Source: an uncultured Clostridia bacterium (lineage in GTDB: Bacteria > Bacillota > Clostridia > TANB77 > CAG-508). Taken from it: 32,000 bases of DNA. Position numbers and translations under genes: made by a program. The notes beneath the pieces are model-generated. The model was not told the origin of the DNA. It made no database searches and saw only the letters and a program-made list of their open reading frames with translations. The stretch is taken from assembly GCA_947628475.1 (NCBI GenBank), contig CANRAB010000003.1, positions 3,636 through 35,635 of the forward strand. Direction: 5' to 3'. Below are positions 10,820-23,084 of this stretch, one piece after another. Numbering within the stretch: the stretch's first letter is position 1; the number at the start of each line of letters is the position of its first letter.

Positions 10820-12253
10820 CTATACACTTAATTCTACATCAACGTTTTCAATAAGCTTACTATATTTTTCTAATACTTCATTTACTTCTTGCTCTATAAA
10901 ATCTGTTACTTGATTTTTTGCTCTACCACATAAATTTTCTGGATTTAATATATTTAATATTTCTTCTTCCATTAATCCAAAACTTGGGTCATTTGCAATT
11001 CTTTGAACTAAGTCATTTGGTCGTCCATACTCTTTTACTTGTTTTCCTGCTTCCATTGAGTGTAACCTTATTTTTTCGTGTAGTTCTTGTCTATCTCCGC
11101 CTTTTAGTACTGCTCTCATAAGTATTTCTTCTGTTCCCATAAATGGTATTTCTCTCATTATATTTGCTCTTACTCTATTTTCATATACTACTATATTCTC
11201 TGTTATATTTGCATATATCTTTAAAATTGCATCTACTGCTAAGAAACTCTCTGGAACACAAATTCTTTTATTTGCTGAATCATCTAATGTTCTTTCAAGC
11301 CACTGTGTGCATGCTGTTATTTTTGTATCGTTGCTTAGAACTATTACATGTCTTGCCAAAGAATTTATCCTTTCGCTTCTCATAGGATTTCTTTTATATG
11401 CCATTGCTGATGAACCTATTTGTTTACTTTCAAATGGTTCTTCTAGCTCTTTTTCATGCTGTAAAAGTCTTACATCATTTGCAAACTTTGAACAGCTCTC
11501 TGCTATACCTGCTAAACAATTTAATACCCTCGAATCTACTTTTCTTGTATATGTTTGTCCTGATACTGCAAAAGTTTTTTGAAAGCCCATTTTTTCTGCT
11601 ATTTTTTTGTCTATTTGTTTTACTTTTTCTTCATCTTTAAATAATTTCATAAAACTTTCACTTGTTCCTGTTGTTCCCTTACATCCTAGTAACTTTAAGT
11701 TTTGTTCTACAAATTCTAATTCTTTTAAATCCTCTAATAAATCTTGTATCCATAATGTTGCCCTTTTTCCAACTGTTGTTAGCTGTGCTGGTTGAAAATG
11801 TGTATATCCTAAACATGGCAAAGCTTTATATTTTTCTGCAAATTTTTTTAAGTTATTTATTACTATTACTAGCTTTTGTTTTACCAATTCTAGAGCCTGT
11901 TTCATTATTATTATATCTGTGTTATCTGTTACATAACATGAGGTTGCTCCTAAATGTATTATTGGCTTTGCTAACGGACATTTAATACCAAATTCATATA
12001 CATGTGCCATTACATCATGTCTACATTCTTTTTCTCTTTTTGCTACTATATCATAATCTATATTATTTATATTTTTTTTCATTTCGTCAATTTGTTCTTG
12101 TGTTATTTCTAAGCCTAACTCTTTTTCTGTTTCTGCTAAAGCTACCCATAATTTTCTCCATGTTGAATATTTTGTGTTGTTTGACCATAATTTGTTCATT
12201 TCTTTGCTTGCATATCTTCCACTTAGTGGTGTTACATAAATGTCGTTTTCCAT
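10820..12253 (-). CDS. purB: Adenylosuccinate lyase
   Basis: LGATSCYVTDNTD, GSSAMAYKRNPMRSERI signature, TRKVDSRVLNCLAG. Confidence 0.93.
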   Translation of the reverse strand: MENDIYVTPLSGRYASKEMNKLWSNNTKYSTWRKLWVALAETEKELGLEITQEQIDEMKKNINNIDYDIVAKREKECRHDVMAHVYEFGIKCPLAKPIIHLGATSCYVTDNTDIIIMKQALELVKQKLVIVINNLKKFAEKYKALPCLGYTHFQPAQLTTVGKRATLWIQDLLEDLKELEFVEQNLKLLGCKGTTGTSESFMKLFKDEEKVKQIDKKIAEKMGFQKTFAVSGQTYTRKVDSRVLNCLAGIAESCSKFANDVRLLQHEKELEEPFESKQIGSSAMAYKRNPMRSERINSLARHVIVLSNDTKITACTQWLERTLDDSANKRICVPESFLAVDAILKIYANITENIVVYENRVRANIMREIPFMGTEEILMRAVLKGGDRQELHEKIRLHSMEAGKQVKEYGRPNDLVQRIANDPSFGLMEEEILNILNPENLCGRAKNQVTDFIEQEVNEVLEKYSKLIENVDVELSV

Positions 12254-12267
12254 TTATATCAATCCCT

Positions 12268-13083
12268 TCATTTTATAATTACTAATACTGTTTCTAATTT
12301 TGTAAAGTCAACTGCTGGTTCTATTTTCACATACTCTTCTGTTATATTTTGTGCTTCTATAATTTCTGTTAATTTTCCTATTTTTAACCCCTTTGGATAT
12401 ATCCCTCCAAGTCCAGATGTTTCTACATCGTCATTTAATATTAAATCTGCATCTGCACTTATATACGTTCCTCTTAGTTTAGAACTATCACCTAATTCTC
12501 CTTTTACTATTATGTTATCTCTTGATATATTCATTATTGCACTTATACTACTAGATGGATCTATTATTGGAATTACTTTTGCCGTGTTTGCTGTTGCAGA
12601 TATAACATGTCCTACTACTCCATTTTCCGCTACAACTGGCATATTTTCTTTAACTCCCTGCTTTGTTCCTACATTTATTACCATTACACTACTCAAATTA
12701 CTTAGGTCTCTATCTATTATATATGCTGGAACTGTAGAATATGAAGTATATTGGTCTGCTAAGTTTGCATATTGTCTTAGAGTTTTATTTTCTGCTTTTA
12801 TTATACCTAACTCACTTAGGCTTTGCTTAAGTTCTTCATTCTCTTTTTTTATTTTTTCATTTTCATTTTTTAAATTATTAATATCTTCAAAAAAAGCGTT
12901 GTTTCCTTCAATCTTATTTTTTAAGTATGTTAGTCCATTTTGAATAGGCATTACTAATTTATTTGTAACTCCCTCTGCTATTGAAAATTTAGATATATCT
13001 ATATTTGTAACTATAACTAAAATGGTTAATATGATAATTGTTACTAAGATTCCTATCGTTCCTGTTTTACTATGCTTTTGCAT
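12268..13083 (-). CDS. mreC: Rod shape-determining protein MreC
   Basis: N-terminal TM, coiled coil, VINVGTKQGVKENMPVVAENGVVGHV; upstream mreB in the same orientation. Confidence 0.92.
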   Translation of the reverse strand: MQKHSKTGTIGILVTIIILTILVIVTNIDISKFSIAEGVTNKLVMPIQNGLTYLKNKIEGNNAFFEDINNLKNENEKIKKENEELKQSLSELGIIKAENKTLRQYANLADQYTSYSTVPAYIIDRDLSNLSSVMVINVGTKQGVKENMPVVAENGVVGHVISATANTAKVIPIIDPSSSISAIMNISRDNIIVKGELGDSSKLRGTYISADADLILNDDVETSGLGGIYPKGLKIGKLTEIIEAQNITEEYVKIEPAVDFTKLETVLVIIK

Positions 13084-13133
13084 ATATCCCTCCTGTTTTA
13101 TTTTGCGGCTTTCTTAAGTTATTTACAATTATT

Positions 13134-14169
<1,036 letters not shown>

Positions 14170-14190
14170 TTAACACCCTTTCTATATGCT

Positions 14191-14886
14191 TCAACTATTT
14201 TTTCTATTCTTTTGCAGTAGGCTTGTATAAGTTCCATCACCTATTATTATATGATCTAATAATTTTATCCCCATTAACTCTGCTGCTTCATATACTCTAT
14301 CTGTAACTCCATAATCTCCTTTACTTGGAGTTGTATCGCCACTTGGGTGATTATGCACTAAGATTATTTTTGGAGCCTGCATTTTTATTGCTTCTACTAA
14401 AACATCTTTTGGTTCTATACAAGCAAAATTTGTGCCTCCTAAAGATATGTTTACTATTCTTAAGATTACATTCTTGCTGTTTAATACTACTACTTTTGCT
14501 ATTTCTCTTTTTTCGTACCTTAATTCTGGTATTAGTATCTTTGCTATATCTTCTGGACTTTTAATTACCTTTTTCTGAGTGTTTATTGGTCTAGCTATTC
14601 TTTTTGTTAATTCGCAAATTGCTTTTAATTGGATGGCTTTGACTTTTCCAATTCCTTTTATTTGCATAAATTCTTCTAAAGATATTTCTTGTAAAAATCG
14701 TAAACCTTCCTCATTTGTATTTTCTCTTAAATTTAAAATCTTTTGTGCAATCAGAACAGAGGACTGTTCCTTTGTTCCCGTTTTTATTATTATTGCTAAT
14801 AACTCTGCATTTGATAAATTTTCTGCTCCATATACTTCTAATTTTTCATACGGTCTTTCTGATAGGGGTAGTTCTTTAATTTTCAT
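14191..14886 (-). CDS. radC: DNA repair protein RadC/JAMM-domain family
   Basis: VEAIKMQAPKIILVHNHPSGDTTPSKGDYGVTDRV...LLDHIIIGDG. Confidence 0.93.
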   Translation of the reverse strand: MKIKELPLSERPYEKLEVYGAENLSNAELLAIIIKTGTKEQSSVLIAQKILNLRENTNEEGLRFLQEISLEEFMQIKGIGKVKAIQLKAICELTKRIARPINTQKKVIKSPEDIAKILIPELRYEKREIAKVVVLNSKNVILRIVNISLGGTNFACIEPKDVLVEAIKMQAPKIILVHNHPSGDTTPSKGDYGVTDRVYEAAELMGIKLLDHIIIGDGTYTSLLQKNRKNS

Positions 14887-14921
14887 ATACTTACTTCCTT
14901 ACTTTCCCCCTACATTTATAT

Positions 14922-15179
14922 CTATATTTTTCTGTAAACAAATATAGCTACCGCCATGCCTATTATGCTAGCTACATTCATTTTAAATGTTAGCCCAAAA
15001 GTTATTGTTATAACATTTAGGTCTAGTTCAATTGGAGATGTTAACCCAAAATGTTCTCCATAAGATAACCACCATAAGAAGTCTACTCTAGATGCTAATT
15101 CTCCTAATAATCCCCCAAGTACTAGTCCTGCTAGCAAAAAAATTAGTAGTATCCATATATTTTTTTCTCTTGTTGCCAT
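14922..15179 (-). CDS. Small membrane protein, DUF4321-like
   Basis: Two TM segments; located next to radC. Confidence 0.6.
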   Translation of the reverse strand: MATREKNIWILLIFLLAGLVLGGLLGELASRVDFLWWLSYGEHFGLTSPIELDLNVITITFGLTFKMNVASIIGMAVAIFVYRKI

Positions 15180-15543
15180 CTTTAGTTCCTCCTATTTTTT
15201 ACCAGTTATTTAAACTTGTTTTTACCTTAAATACTATATTTTTAAATTCGATTAATACTAAATATAAATCGCAGTATTATTATATATTCATTTGGCATTT
15301 TTTTCAAGATATATGTTTATTTTTTATTAAATTTATGTTATAATTTTTTGGTGATATTTTACAAGGTGTTTTAACCCTCTTAAACCATCTTAGGTTAAAG
15401 ATTGTGGATAGGCACTTGAGGAACCTTGTTGTTTTCACAATAATATATTATATAAAAAGACATTTTTTCCATAATTTTATCATTTAAAATTATGATGTAT
15501 GGTGATATAATTATATTATTAATATATTTGGAGGTACTTTTTA

Positions 15544-16176
15544 ATGCGTATTGAGAAATTGAATGATAATAAGATTAGAATTTTTTTAAATTTGGATGAT
15601 TTAAAAGAAAAAAATATAGATTTACATACTTTTATGTCTAATTCAATTGAAACTCAAGATTTGTTTTTGGATATGTTAAGTATGGCTGAAAGTGAAGTTG
15701 GTTTTAAAACCCATAATTATAAATTGATTATAGAGGCTCTTGCTTCTTCTGATGGTAATTTTATTTTAACTATTACTAGAATAAAACCTGAAACACAACT
15801 TAGTTCTAATGCTAATATAATAAAGCCTAAAGTTAAAAGGCAGTCTATTACTCCAAATAAAGTAGTTTCTATTTATAAATTTAATACTTTTGATGAATTC
15901 TGCGAATTTTGTAATTTTATTAATACAGGCTCTTTAAGTAAATGTATAGTTAAATTTAAAGCTTCTTCTCTAGTATTATATAAAAATAATTATTATCTTA
16001 TATTGAACAATTTAAAATTAAGTGTTACTGACCTTAAAAGTTTTACATACCTTCTTTCAGAGTTTGCTACACGAATTACAAACGAAGAATTGTTTGAAAG
16101 GAAAATAAGAGAACATGGTAAAATTATCATTGGAAAAAATGCAATATTAACCTGTTTAAAATATTTTGCAAACTAA
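15544..16176 (+). CDS. mecA: Adaptor protein MecA-like
   Basis: MRIEKLNDNKIRIFLNLDDLKEKNIDLHTF...LFLDMLSMAESEVGF resembles the MecA N-terminal domain; acidic/aromatic C-terminal domain. Confidence 0.75.
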   Translation: MRIEKLNDNKIRIFLNLDDLKEKNIDLHTFMSNSIETQDLFLDMLSMAESEVGFKTHNYKLIIEALASSDGNFILTITRIKPETQLSSNANIIKPKVKRQSITPNKVVSIYKFNTFDEFCEFCNFINTGSLSKCIVKFKASSLVLYKNNYYLILNNLKLSVTDLKSFTYLLSEFATRITNEELFERKIREHGKIIIGKNAILTCLKYFAN

Positions 16177-16200
16177 ATTATTATATGTGATTTAAAACAA

Positions 16201-16238
16201 AAAAACCATAATATAACTTTTGTTACATTATGGTTTTT
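16201..16238. terminator. Bidirectional terminator hairpin
   Basis: 12-bp inverted repeat AAAAACCATAAT / ATTATGGTTTTT between convergent genes. Confidence 0.7.
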
Positions 16239-16255
16239 TGATTTTTTAATTTGTA

Positions 16256-16441
16256 TTATTTTTGTACGTCTTCTTCTACATAAGTACTATTTGTATTTTT
16301 TAGTTCATCTTCTGAATTAAACGCATTCGCTGCATATCCAGCAAAAAAGCCTAAGAGAAATACTATGATTACAACAGCTATAGTTTTTATGCTTTCTTGT
16401 TTACTGTATATTTCTTTATCATACACTTTCATACTTATCAC
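16256..16441 (-). CDS. Small single-TM hypothetical protein
   Basis: 61-aa ORF with TM segment IKTIAVVIIVFLLGFFAGYAA. Confidence 0.55.
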   Translation of the reverse strand: MISMKVYDKEIYSKQESIKTIAVVIIVFLLGFFAGYAANAFNSEDELKNTNSTYVEEDVQK

Positions 16442-16593
16442 TTCTCTCTTCTTTAATATATATATTGTACTTCATTATATGATTTTTTGCAAGTCTATTG
16501 TTCTTTTTTTTATTTATTGATATAATATATTTATATAATATATTTTGCCTACTTTTTATTATTTATACTTTTTTTATTATTAAGGAGGTTTTT

Positions 16594-17271
16594 ATGTTTG
16601 ATTTTCTCTATTCTTTTGAATTTCAAGCTGTAATAAAATTGTTACTAGGCTTTGTTCTCGCAGGAATTATTGGTTCTGAAAGACAAGCTCTTAATAAACC
16701 TGCTGGTTTTAAAACTCACTCTTTAATTGGAGTAAGTAGTGTTTTAGTAATGCTTTGTAGTGAATATCTTAGTAAAAATTTTGGAGCAGATATTGCAAGA
16801 ATTCCTGCTCAATTATTACCTGGCATAGGTTTTATCGGTGCTGGTACTATTTTAAGAGATGGTTTTAATGTAAAAGGCTTAACTACTGCCGCCAGTTTAC
16901 TTGTAGTTACTTGTATTGGTTTGAGCATTGGCGCTGGATTCTACCTTGGAGGAATTATTGCTACTATCTTTTCTTATTTTATACTATCTCATTCTCACAG
17001 TTTCTTTAAAGTTAAAGAGAATAACATAGAGTTAAATTTGAATATTAAACTTCAAAATTCAACTTTTACCATTCCTTTAATTGAAAAGATTTTATATAAA
17101 AATAGAGTTACTGTTCAAAAAATTAAAGTTACTCCTTGTGCTGACGATGAAAATATTGAGGATTTGAATATCTCTGGTAATTATAATGGGCTATTGCCAG
17201 TTAGTCAAATTTTAACAGATATTTCTACTTTAAAGAATGTTTTTGAAGTTGAAACTGTTAATCATAAATAA
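16594..17271 (+). CDS. MgtC/SapB family membrane protein
   Basis: AGIIGSERQALNKPAGFKTHSLIGVSSVLVM, GIGFIGAGTILRDGFNVKGLTTAASLLVVTCIGLSIG; SD AAGGAGG before ATG 16594. ORF track starts earlier at 16498. Confidence 0.92.
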   Translation: MFDFLYSFEFQAVIKLLLGFVLAGIIGSERQALNKPAGFKTHSLIGVSSVLVMLCSEYLSKNFGADIARIPAQLLPGIGFIGAGTILRDGFNVKGLTTAASLLVVTCIGLSIGAGFYLGGIIATIFSYFILSHSHSFFKVKENNIELNLNIKLQNSTFTIPLIEKILYKNRVTVQKIKVTPCADDENIEDLNISGNYNGLLPVSQILTDISTLKNVFEVETVNHK

Positions 17272-17302
17272 TTTTTATTAATGATTAGAGATGTTTATTT
17301 TT

Positions 17303-18023
17303 CTAGCTTGTTTTACTTATTATATCTCTTTTCATTTTGTTCATTATTTTTTTCTCTAACCTAGATATATAACTTTGTGATATGCCGAAGCATATCTGCA
17401 ACTTCTTTTTGTGTTTTTTCTACTCCACTTTTGAACCCAAATCTTAACTCCATTATATTCTTTTCTCTTGTGTTTAATTTTAGTATTGCTGCTTTTAACA
17501 ATACTTTATCTACTTCATCTTCCATTGCCCTTGATGTAACATCATCGTCTGTGCCTAATATATCAGATAATAATAGTTCATTTCCATCACCATCTTGATT
17601 TAATGGCTCATCTATTGATATTTCCCCTTTTGTTTTATTACATCTTCTTAAATACATTAATATTTCGTTTTCTATACATCGCGAAGCATACGTTGCAAGT
17701 TTTATATTTTTTCCTGTATTAAATGTATTTATTGCTTTCATTAGTCCTATTGTTCCTATTGATATTAGGTCTTCTATTCCTATCCCTGTATTTTCAAATT
17801 TTTTTGCTATATACACTACTAACCTTAGATTATGTTCTACCAAAACTTGTCTTGCCTCAAAATCGTTTTCTTGTAGTTTTTTTAACATTTTATCTTCTTC
17901 TTCTGCTGGTAATGGAGGAGGTAATGTTTGGCTTCCTGCTATATAAAAAATACTATCTTCTTCTAAACTCTCTGTATTAAAATATTTTTTTATTTTTGAT
18001 TTCAAAATTTCCCAAATGTCCAT
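17303..18023 (-). CDS. sigE: Sporulation RNA polymerase sigma factor SigE, about 239 aa; requires one +1 frameshift at CGG 17385-17387
   Basis: [47 protein letters not shown]; zero frame ends [11 protein letters not shown], shifted frame gives [30 protein letters not shown]. (721-1) nt divisible by 3. Confidence 0.95.
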
Positions 18024-18108
18024 ATTTTCTCACTCCTTTCAAGCTATAACAAACTATAAGAACATGACACTCTATATACCTCCTTAGGTATTAAAAAATA
18101 CTTACTGC

Positions 18109-18999
18109 TTACTTTATAATATCCATTCCTACTAACCCCGAATACTTGCCATTTTTGCTTAATTTTCCATTATATATTCCTATAATTATATTTTTTAAGT
18201 CATGGTTTACCTCTTGATAATTTACTTCTATCTCGTCTATTTTTATCCCTAAAAGTATGCCATTTTCTTTTCCTAATGATTTGAATGGTATTATTCTTAT
18301 TTTAGATGCAAAATTTCCTAAATCTATATCTACTCCATTTATAATTTCTGCAATATTTTCAAGTATTTTCGCTGGGAAAATATTATATAATTTTTCTTTT
18401 TCTATTATAATTACTGGTATTTTTGTAATTGGATCTTTTAAGAAATTCCCTGTATCTATTATTGCCGTTATATTTGTTTCTTTTCCATCTAAAGGTATTT
18501 TTATATTACAATACATATCTTTTTTAGTTAATCTCCCTTTTATGCTTTTAAATGATATTGTAATAATTATAAATCCAACTATTCCACCCATTAAAATCAT
18601 TTTTATAGGATATGTACCTATTAATACTCCGTCTTGCAATTCTATGTTTTCAGGATTTACAAAGTATAGCAGTGCAAAAGCTACTCCCCCAAATGTAAAC
18701 GATGTTAAGTAAAATATTACTAAATGTTTCAAGAATGATTTTAATGTTGTTGGCTTGAACGCTATGTATATTATGGCAAATGACAGAATTAATTTTAAGA
18801 GAAAATTTGAATATATTTTTATTTGTGATATGTAAATTATTATTGCATAAATGCTTCCTATTATACTTGATATAAGGTTTCTTATTATTTTTGTTTGTTC
18901 TTTTAATATTATTGATGTTGCCAGCAGTATTATACAGTTCATAATTATATTTTCTAAAAAAATTATGTCTATATATAGAGTCATCTTCTTACCTCGCAC
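18109..18999 (-). CDS. spoIIGA: Sigma-E processing peptidase SpoIIGA
   Basis: Multi-TM N-terminus, AIIDTGNFLKDPITKIPVIIIEK aspartic protease-like motif, adjacent to sigE. Confidence 0.88.
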   Translation of the reverse strand: MRGKKMTLYIDIIFLENIIMNCIILLATSIILKEQTKIIRNLISSIIGSIYAIIIYISQIKIYSNFLLKLILSFAIIYIAFKPTTLKSFLKHLVIFYLTSFTFGGVAFALLYFVNPENIELQDGVLIGTYPIKMILMGGIVGFIIITISFKSIKGRLTKKDMYCNIKIPLDGKETNITAIIDTGNFLKDPITKIPVIIIEKEKLYNIFPAKILENIAEIINGVDIDLGNFASKIRIIPFKSLGKENGILLGIKIDEIEVNYQEVNHDLKNIIIGIYNGKLSKNGKYSGLVGMDIIK

Positions 19000-19109
19000 A
19001 TATTGTACTACTTATGTTTTGCAAAGTCTGTCATTTCATGAGCACGAAAAAAAGAAATAATCTACTTTTATAGACTATTTCTTTTTATATTTATGTATTT
19101 TTTATTTTT

Positions 19110-20231
19110 TTATACTTTATTTCCTTTTTTTCTTAGGAATGATGGTATATCTAAATCATTTTGTCCATCTGATTTATTGTCTTGATTTGTTGGCATTGAA
19201 TTTATTTTTTTGTTCCAAGTGTTGTTTACAAGATTTTCTACTCCTATTGTAGAAATGTTTTCTTCTTTTTCAAAGCCTGTAGCTATAACTGTAATTTGTA
19301 TTTCGTCTCCTAAACTTTCGTCTGTTACAACACCAAAGATTATATTTGCTTCTGGATCAACACTGCGTTGTACTAATTCTGCTGCTGTATTTGCTTCTTG
19401 TAAACCTAAATCTGTTCCTCCTGTAATATTTATAATTACTCCTCTTGCTCCTTCTATTGATGTTTCTAATAGTGGACTTTGTATTGCTTCTTTTGCTGCA
19501 TCTTCTGCTCTGTTTTCTCCACTTGCTCTACCAATACCCATGTGTGCCATTCCTGTATTTAGCATTATTGTTTTAACATCTGCAAAGTCTAAGTTGATTA
19601 AACCAGGTACTGAGATTAAATCTGATATTCCTTGAACACCTTGTCTTAAAACATCATCTGCCATTTTAAATGCTTCTACTATTGATGTTTTCCTATCTAT
19701 TATTTGTAATAATTTATCATTTGGGATTACAACTAATGTATCTACTCTTTCTTTTAGGTTTTGTATACCTTTTTCTGCTTGTGTAAGTCTTTTTTTACCT
19801 TCAAAAGTAAATGGTTTTGTAACAACACCTATTGTTAATATTCCAAGTTCTTTTGCAGTTGCTGCAACAATTGGGGCTGCTCCTGTACCTGTTCCACCAC
19901 CCATTCCTGATGTAACAAATACCATATCTGCACCACGTAGAACCTCTGCTATTTCTGATTTGCTTTCTTCTGCTGCTTGTGCACCAATATCAGGATTTGC
20001 TCCAGCTCCTAAACCTCTTGTTATTTTTTCTCCTATTTGTATGCGTGTACTTGCTTTTGATACTTGAAGAGCTTGTCTATCTGTATTTACTGCTATAAAT
20101 TCTACACCTTTTATTCCTGATTCTATCATTCTATTTATAGCGTTATTTCCTGCTCCTCCTACTCCTATTACTTTTATTAATGCTGTACCATCCATCATGT
20201 AATTGTTTTCTTCATATTCTGATTCCATCAT
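19110..20231 (-). CDS. ftsZ: Cell division protein FtsZ
   Basis: [44 protein letters not shown]. Confidence 0.98.
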   Translation of the reverse strand: MMESEYEENNYMMDGTALIKVIGVGGAGNNAINRMIESGIKGVEFIAVNTDRQALQVSKASTRIQIGEKITRGLGAGANPDIGAQAAEESKSEIAEVLRGADMVFVTSGMGGGTGTGAAPIVAATAKELGILTIGVVTKPFTFEGKKRLTQAEKGIQNLKERVDTLVVIPNDKLLQIIDRKTSIVEAFKMADDVLRQGVQGISDLISVPGLINLDFADVKTIMLNTGMAHMGIGRASGENRAEDAAKEAIQSPLLETSIEGARGVIINITGGTDLGLQEANTAAELVQRSVDPEANIIFGVVTDESLGDEIQITVIATGFEKEENISTIGVENLVNNTWNKKINSMPTNQDNKSDGQNDLDIPSFLRKKGNKV

Positions 20232-20273
20232 AATGCAAATTCCTCCCTTTTATTTATATTTAAAATTTAAAAT

Positions 20274-21504
20274 CTAAGTATAAAAAAACTCTTTAATTCT
20301 TTCTAGTAAAGTTTTCATAAAGTTTTCATTTGATTTTATATCTATTTTACTTGATACATTTTTTGCATAAGGTCTGTTTGCTACATAATTTACTAGAGCA
20401 TAACTTGATCTAAATGCTGGTTTTACTGTGCTTACCATTCTTCCTGTTGCTATTTTTACGGGTATGTTTAGTACAATTTTTCCTGCCACATCACTTTTAC
20501 TTATACTTGTTATTCCTTGTCCTGTTAAAATAACATTATTTATATTTGATTTTATTCCTAAATTGGATATTTGCTTATTTACTAATGAAAATATTTCTTC
20601 AATTCTTGCTTCAATAACTTCAATTAGTTCTGAGCTTTTTATTGTTTTGTTTCTTTCATCACCATTATATGTAGTAAGCATTATGTCTGTATCATTATCT
20701 ATAAATGATTTTAAAGCTAAAGCATATTGCTTTTTTAATCTTTCTGCTTCTTCATTTGATATATAAAATACTTGTGCAATATCGTTTGTGATATTATCTC
20801 CTCCAAGAGATATTGTATTTGTATATAGAAATGTTGAACCACTAAATATGCCTATGTCTGTGTTCCCTGCTCCTATATCTAATATCATTACATTATCGTT
20901 TAGTTCATTAATGTCTAGTATTAATGACCTTTGTGCTACTACATTTGGTATTATTCCATCTATTTCTATGTTTGCCTTTTTAAAAATACTTGTTAACTGC
21001 CTTACATAACTTTTATCTGCTAATATAACTTGTCCAGTTACTGTTACCGTAGAACTTAATGCCCCCACTGGATCATCTACTACTCTACCATTGTCTAGTA
21101 CAAATTGATTTTTCATTACATCTATAACTACTTTATCTTCTGGCAATTCTATATCCTTTATTTGGAACATTGCTGAGTTTACATCTTTTGAAGTTATCCC
21201 TACAAATCTATCTTTTGCCTCTTTCACTATACTATTTTGAACTATTTGTACATATTTACCCGGTATAGTTACATAAGCAGAATTTATTTTTATACTACTT
21301 CCGAGCTTCTACCTCTGAAATTGTTTTTCCTATAGCAGAAGCAATCTCATCTTCATCTGTAATTTTAGATTTTTTTATTCCAAAGCATTTTTGCTCTGCT
21401 GTTGCAAGAATTTCTAATTGGTTGAAATTATTAATTTCTGCAATAACACTACTAACTTTGGAAGTTCCAATATCTATACCTACAATTATATCTCCGATAG
21501 CCAA
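20274..21504 (-). CDS. ftsA: Cell division protein FtsA, about 409 aa; requires one +1 frameshift at CGG 21301-21303
   Basis: MAIGDIIVGIDIGTSKVSSVIAEI...ISEVEA then GSSIKINSAYVTIPGKYVQIVQNSIVKEAKDRFVGITSKDV...VILDIGAGNTDIGIF...SLGGDNITNDIA. (1231-1) nt divisible by 3. Confidence 0.94.
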
Positions 21505-21674
21505 AATACTTCCTCCATTTTTTTTAAATTAACGATATAATCATATTATGTTTTTTAAAAAAAGTCAAGAGTATTTGTTATAATTTTGTAATATTTTTGT
21601 AACATTGTTGTAATATATTTTGCTATGCTCTAATAATACTGTAAATTGAAAATTTTAACTTTATTTTTATAAAT

Positions 21675-22431
21675 TTAGTGGACATTAAAAGCAATTATTC
21701 CTAAAATAAATCCTAAAATATTTCCTATGAATCCTATTCTTCCTTTGTATAATTTGTTAGATTCTGGAATAAGTTCACCTGATACTATATATAGCATTGC
21801 TCCTGCTGCGATTGCTAAGCAAATGCTTATCATCCCTTCTGAAATTTGACCCACTAATGCCCCAAAGAATGCTCCTACTCCTGTTGTAACACCTGATAAA
21901 AATGTGTATCCTAGAGCCTTTATTTTGCCCATTCCTCCATTTTTCATTGGAACAGACATAGAAATACCTTCTGGTATATCATGAAGCAATATGGCGATTG
22001 CTAATGAGTATCCGTAGCTTAATTGATGCACCAAATCCTGAACCTATAGCTAACCCTTCTGGAAAGTTATGCAAAGCTAAACCTATTCCTACAATTATTC
22101 CTGTGTTTAACAAAGAGTTATTTGTACTTCTTGTGTGCTTTGTTTTTACAAAATTATCACACATTATCATTATGATAACTCCACATATTACTCCTATAAT
22201 ACTATTTATTATTCCTGCCATTTGTATTGCTTCTGGTATTAAATCGAAGCATATTATTGCTGTCATTAACCCTGCTGCTAGTTGTAGTATGAAACTTAAA
22301 AATCTATTGGAGTTTCTTTTCCATGTTACGCCTATTATTCCTCCTATTGTTGTTCCAAATGTTCCAAAAAATAAACCTATTAATGTTGTTTTTAGCAAAT
22401 AGTTCATATTTTCACATTCCTTCCTTTTCAT
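21675..22431 (-). CDS. ZIP-family metal permease, about 251 aa; requires one +1 frameshift at CGG 22012-22014
   Basis: LHNFPEGLAIGSGFGASIKL then GYSLAIAILLHDIPEGISMSVPMKNGG. The two ZIP metal-binding motifs (HNxPEG, HDxPEG) fall in different frames joined at CGG. (757-1) nt divisible by 3. Confidence 0.93.
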
Positions 22432-22557
22432 TTTTTGAAAGAATTGTATTTAAACTTTTCCTTTTTACACATTAATAGGTTACTCATTATAACTTGTACT
22501 TATGACTTATAATTTTTTTTGCAATAAAAAACACAGTATTTCTACTGTGCATTTTTC

Positions 22558-23061
22558 TTATTCTTTTACTTCTGTAGTTGGTTTTTCTGTAACTGTATCA
22601 ACTGTTTCTTCTACTACTGGATTTTCTGTTTCAACTGCTGGAGCTTCTTCTGGAGCTGCTGTTTCTTCAGCTGCAGTTAAATCTTCTTTAACAACTATTT
22701 CGTTTGTTTCAATTTTTGCTCCAACTCTTTCCTTTGTCTTAGCAGATTTTCCTAATCTTTCTCTTAAATAGAATAGTTTTGCTCTTCTTGCTTTACCTAC
22801 TCTTGTTACTTCTACTTTTTCAACTGCTGGTGAATGTACTAAGAATGTTTTTTCTACACCTACACCTGAAGCTATTCTTCTTACTGTAAATGTTTTGTTT
22901 ATTCCTCCACCTTGTACTTTTATTATTATTCCTTCAAAAATTTGGATTCTCTCTCTGTTTCCTTCTTTTACTCTTACATGAACTTTTACTGTGTTACCAA
23001 CTTTTAATTCTGGTATTTTGTTTTTCATTTGCTCGTGTTCGATTGATTTTATGATATCCAT
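22558..23061 (-). CDS. rplS: 50S ribosomal protein L19 with long acidic C-terminal extension
   Basis: [52 protein letters not shown]; extra Glu/Thr/Val-rich tail of about 50 aa. Confidence 0.95.
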   Translation of the reverse strand: MDIIKSIEHEQMKNKIPELKVGNTVKVHVRVKEGNRERIQIFEGIIIKVQGGGINKTFTVRRIASGVGVEKTFLVHSPAVEKVEVTRVGKARRAKLFYLRERLGKSAKTKERVGAKIETNEIVVKEDLTAAEETAAPEEAPAVETENPVVEETVDTVTEKPTTEVKE

Positions 23062-23084
23062 TAAGATATCCTCCCTTCTTTATT

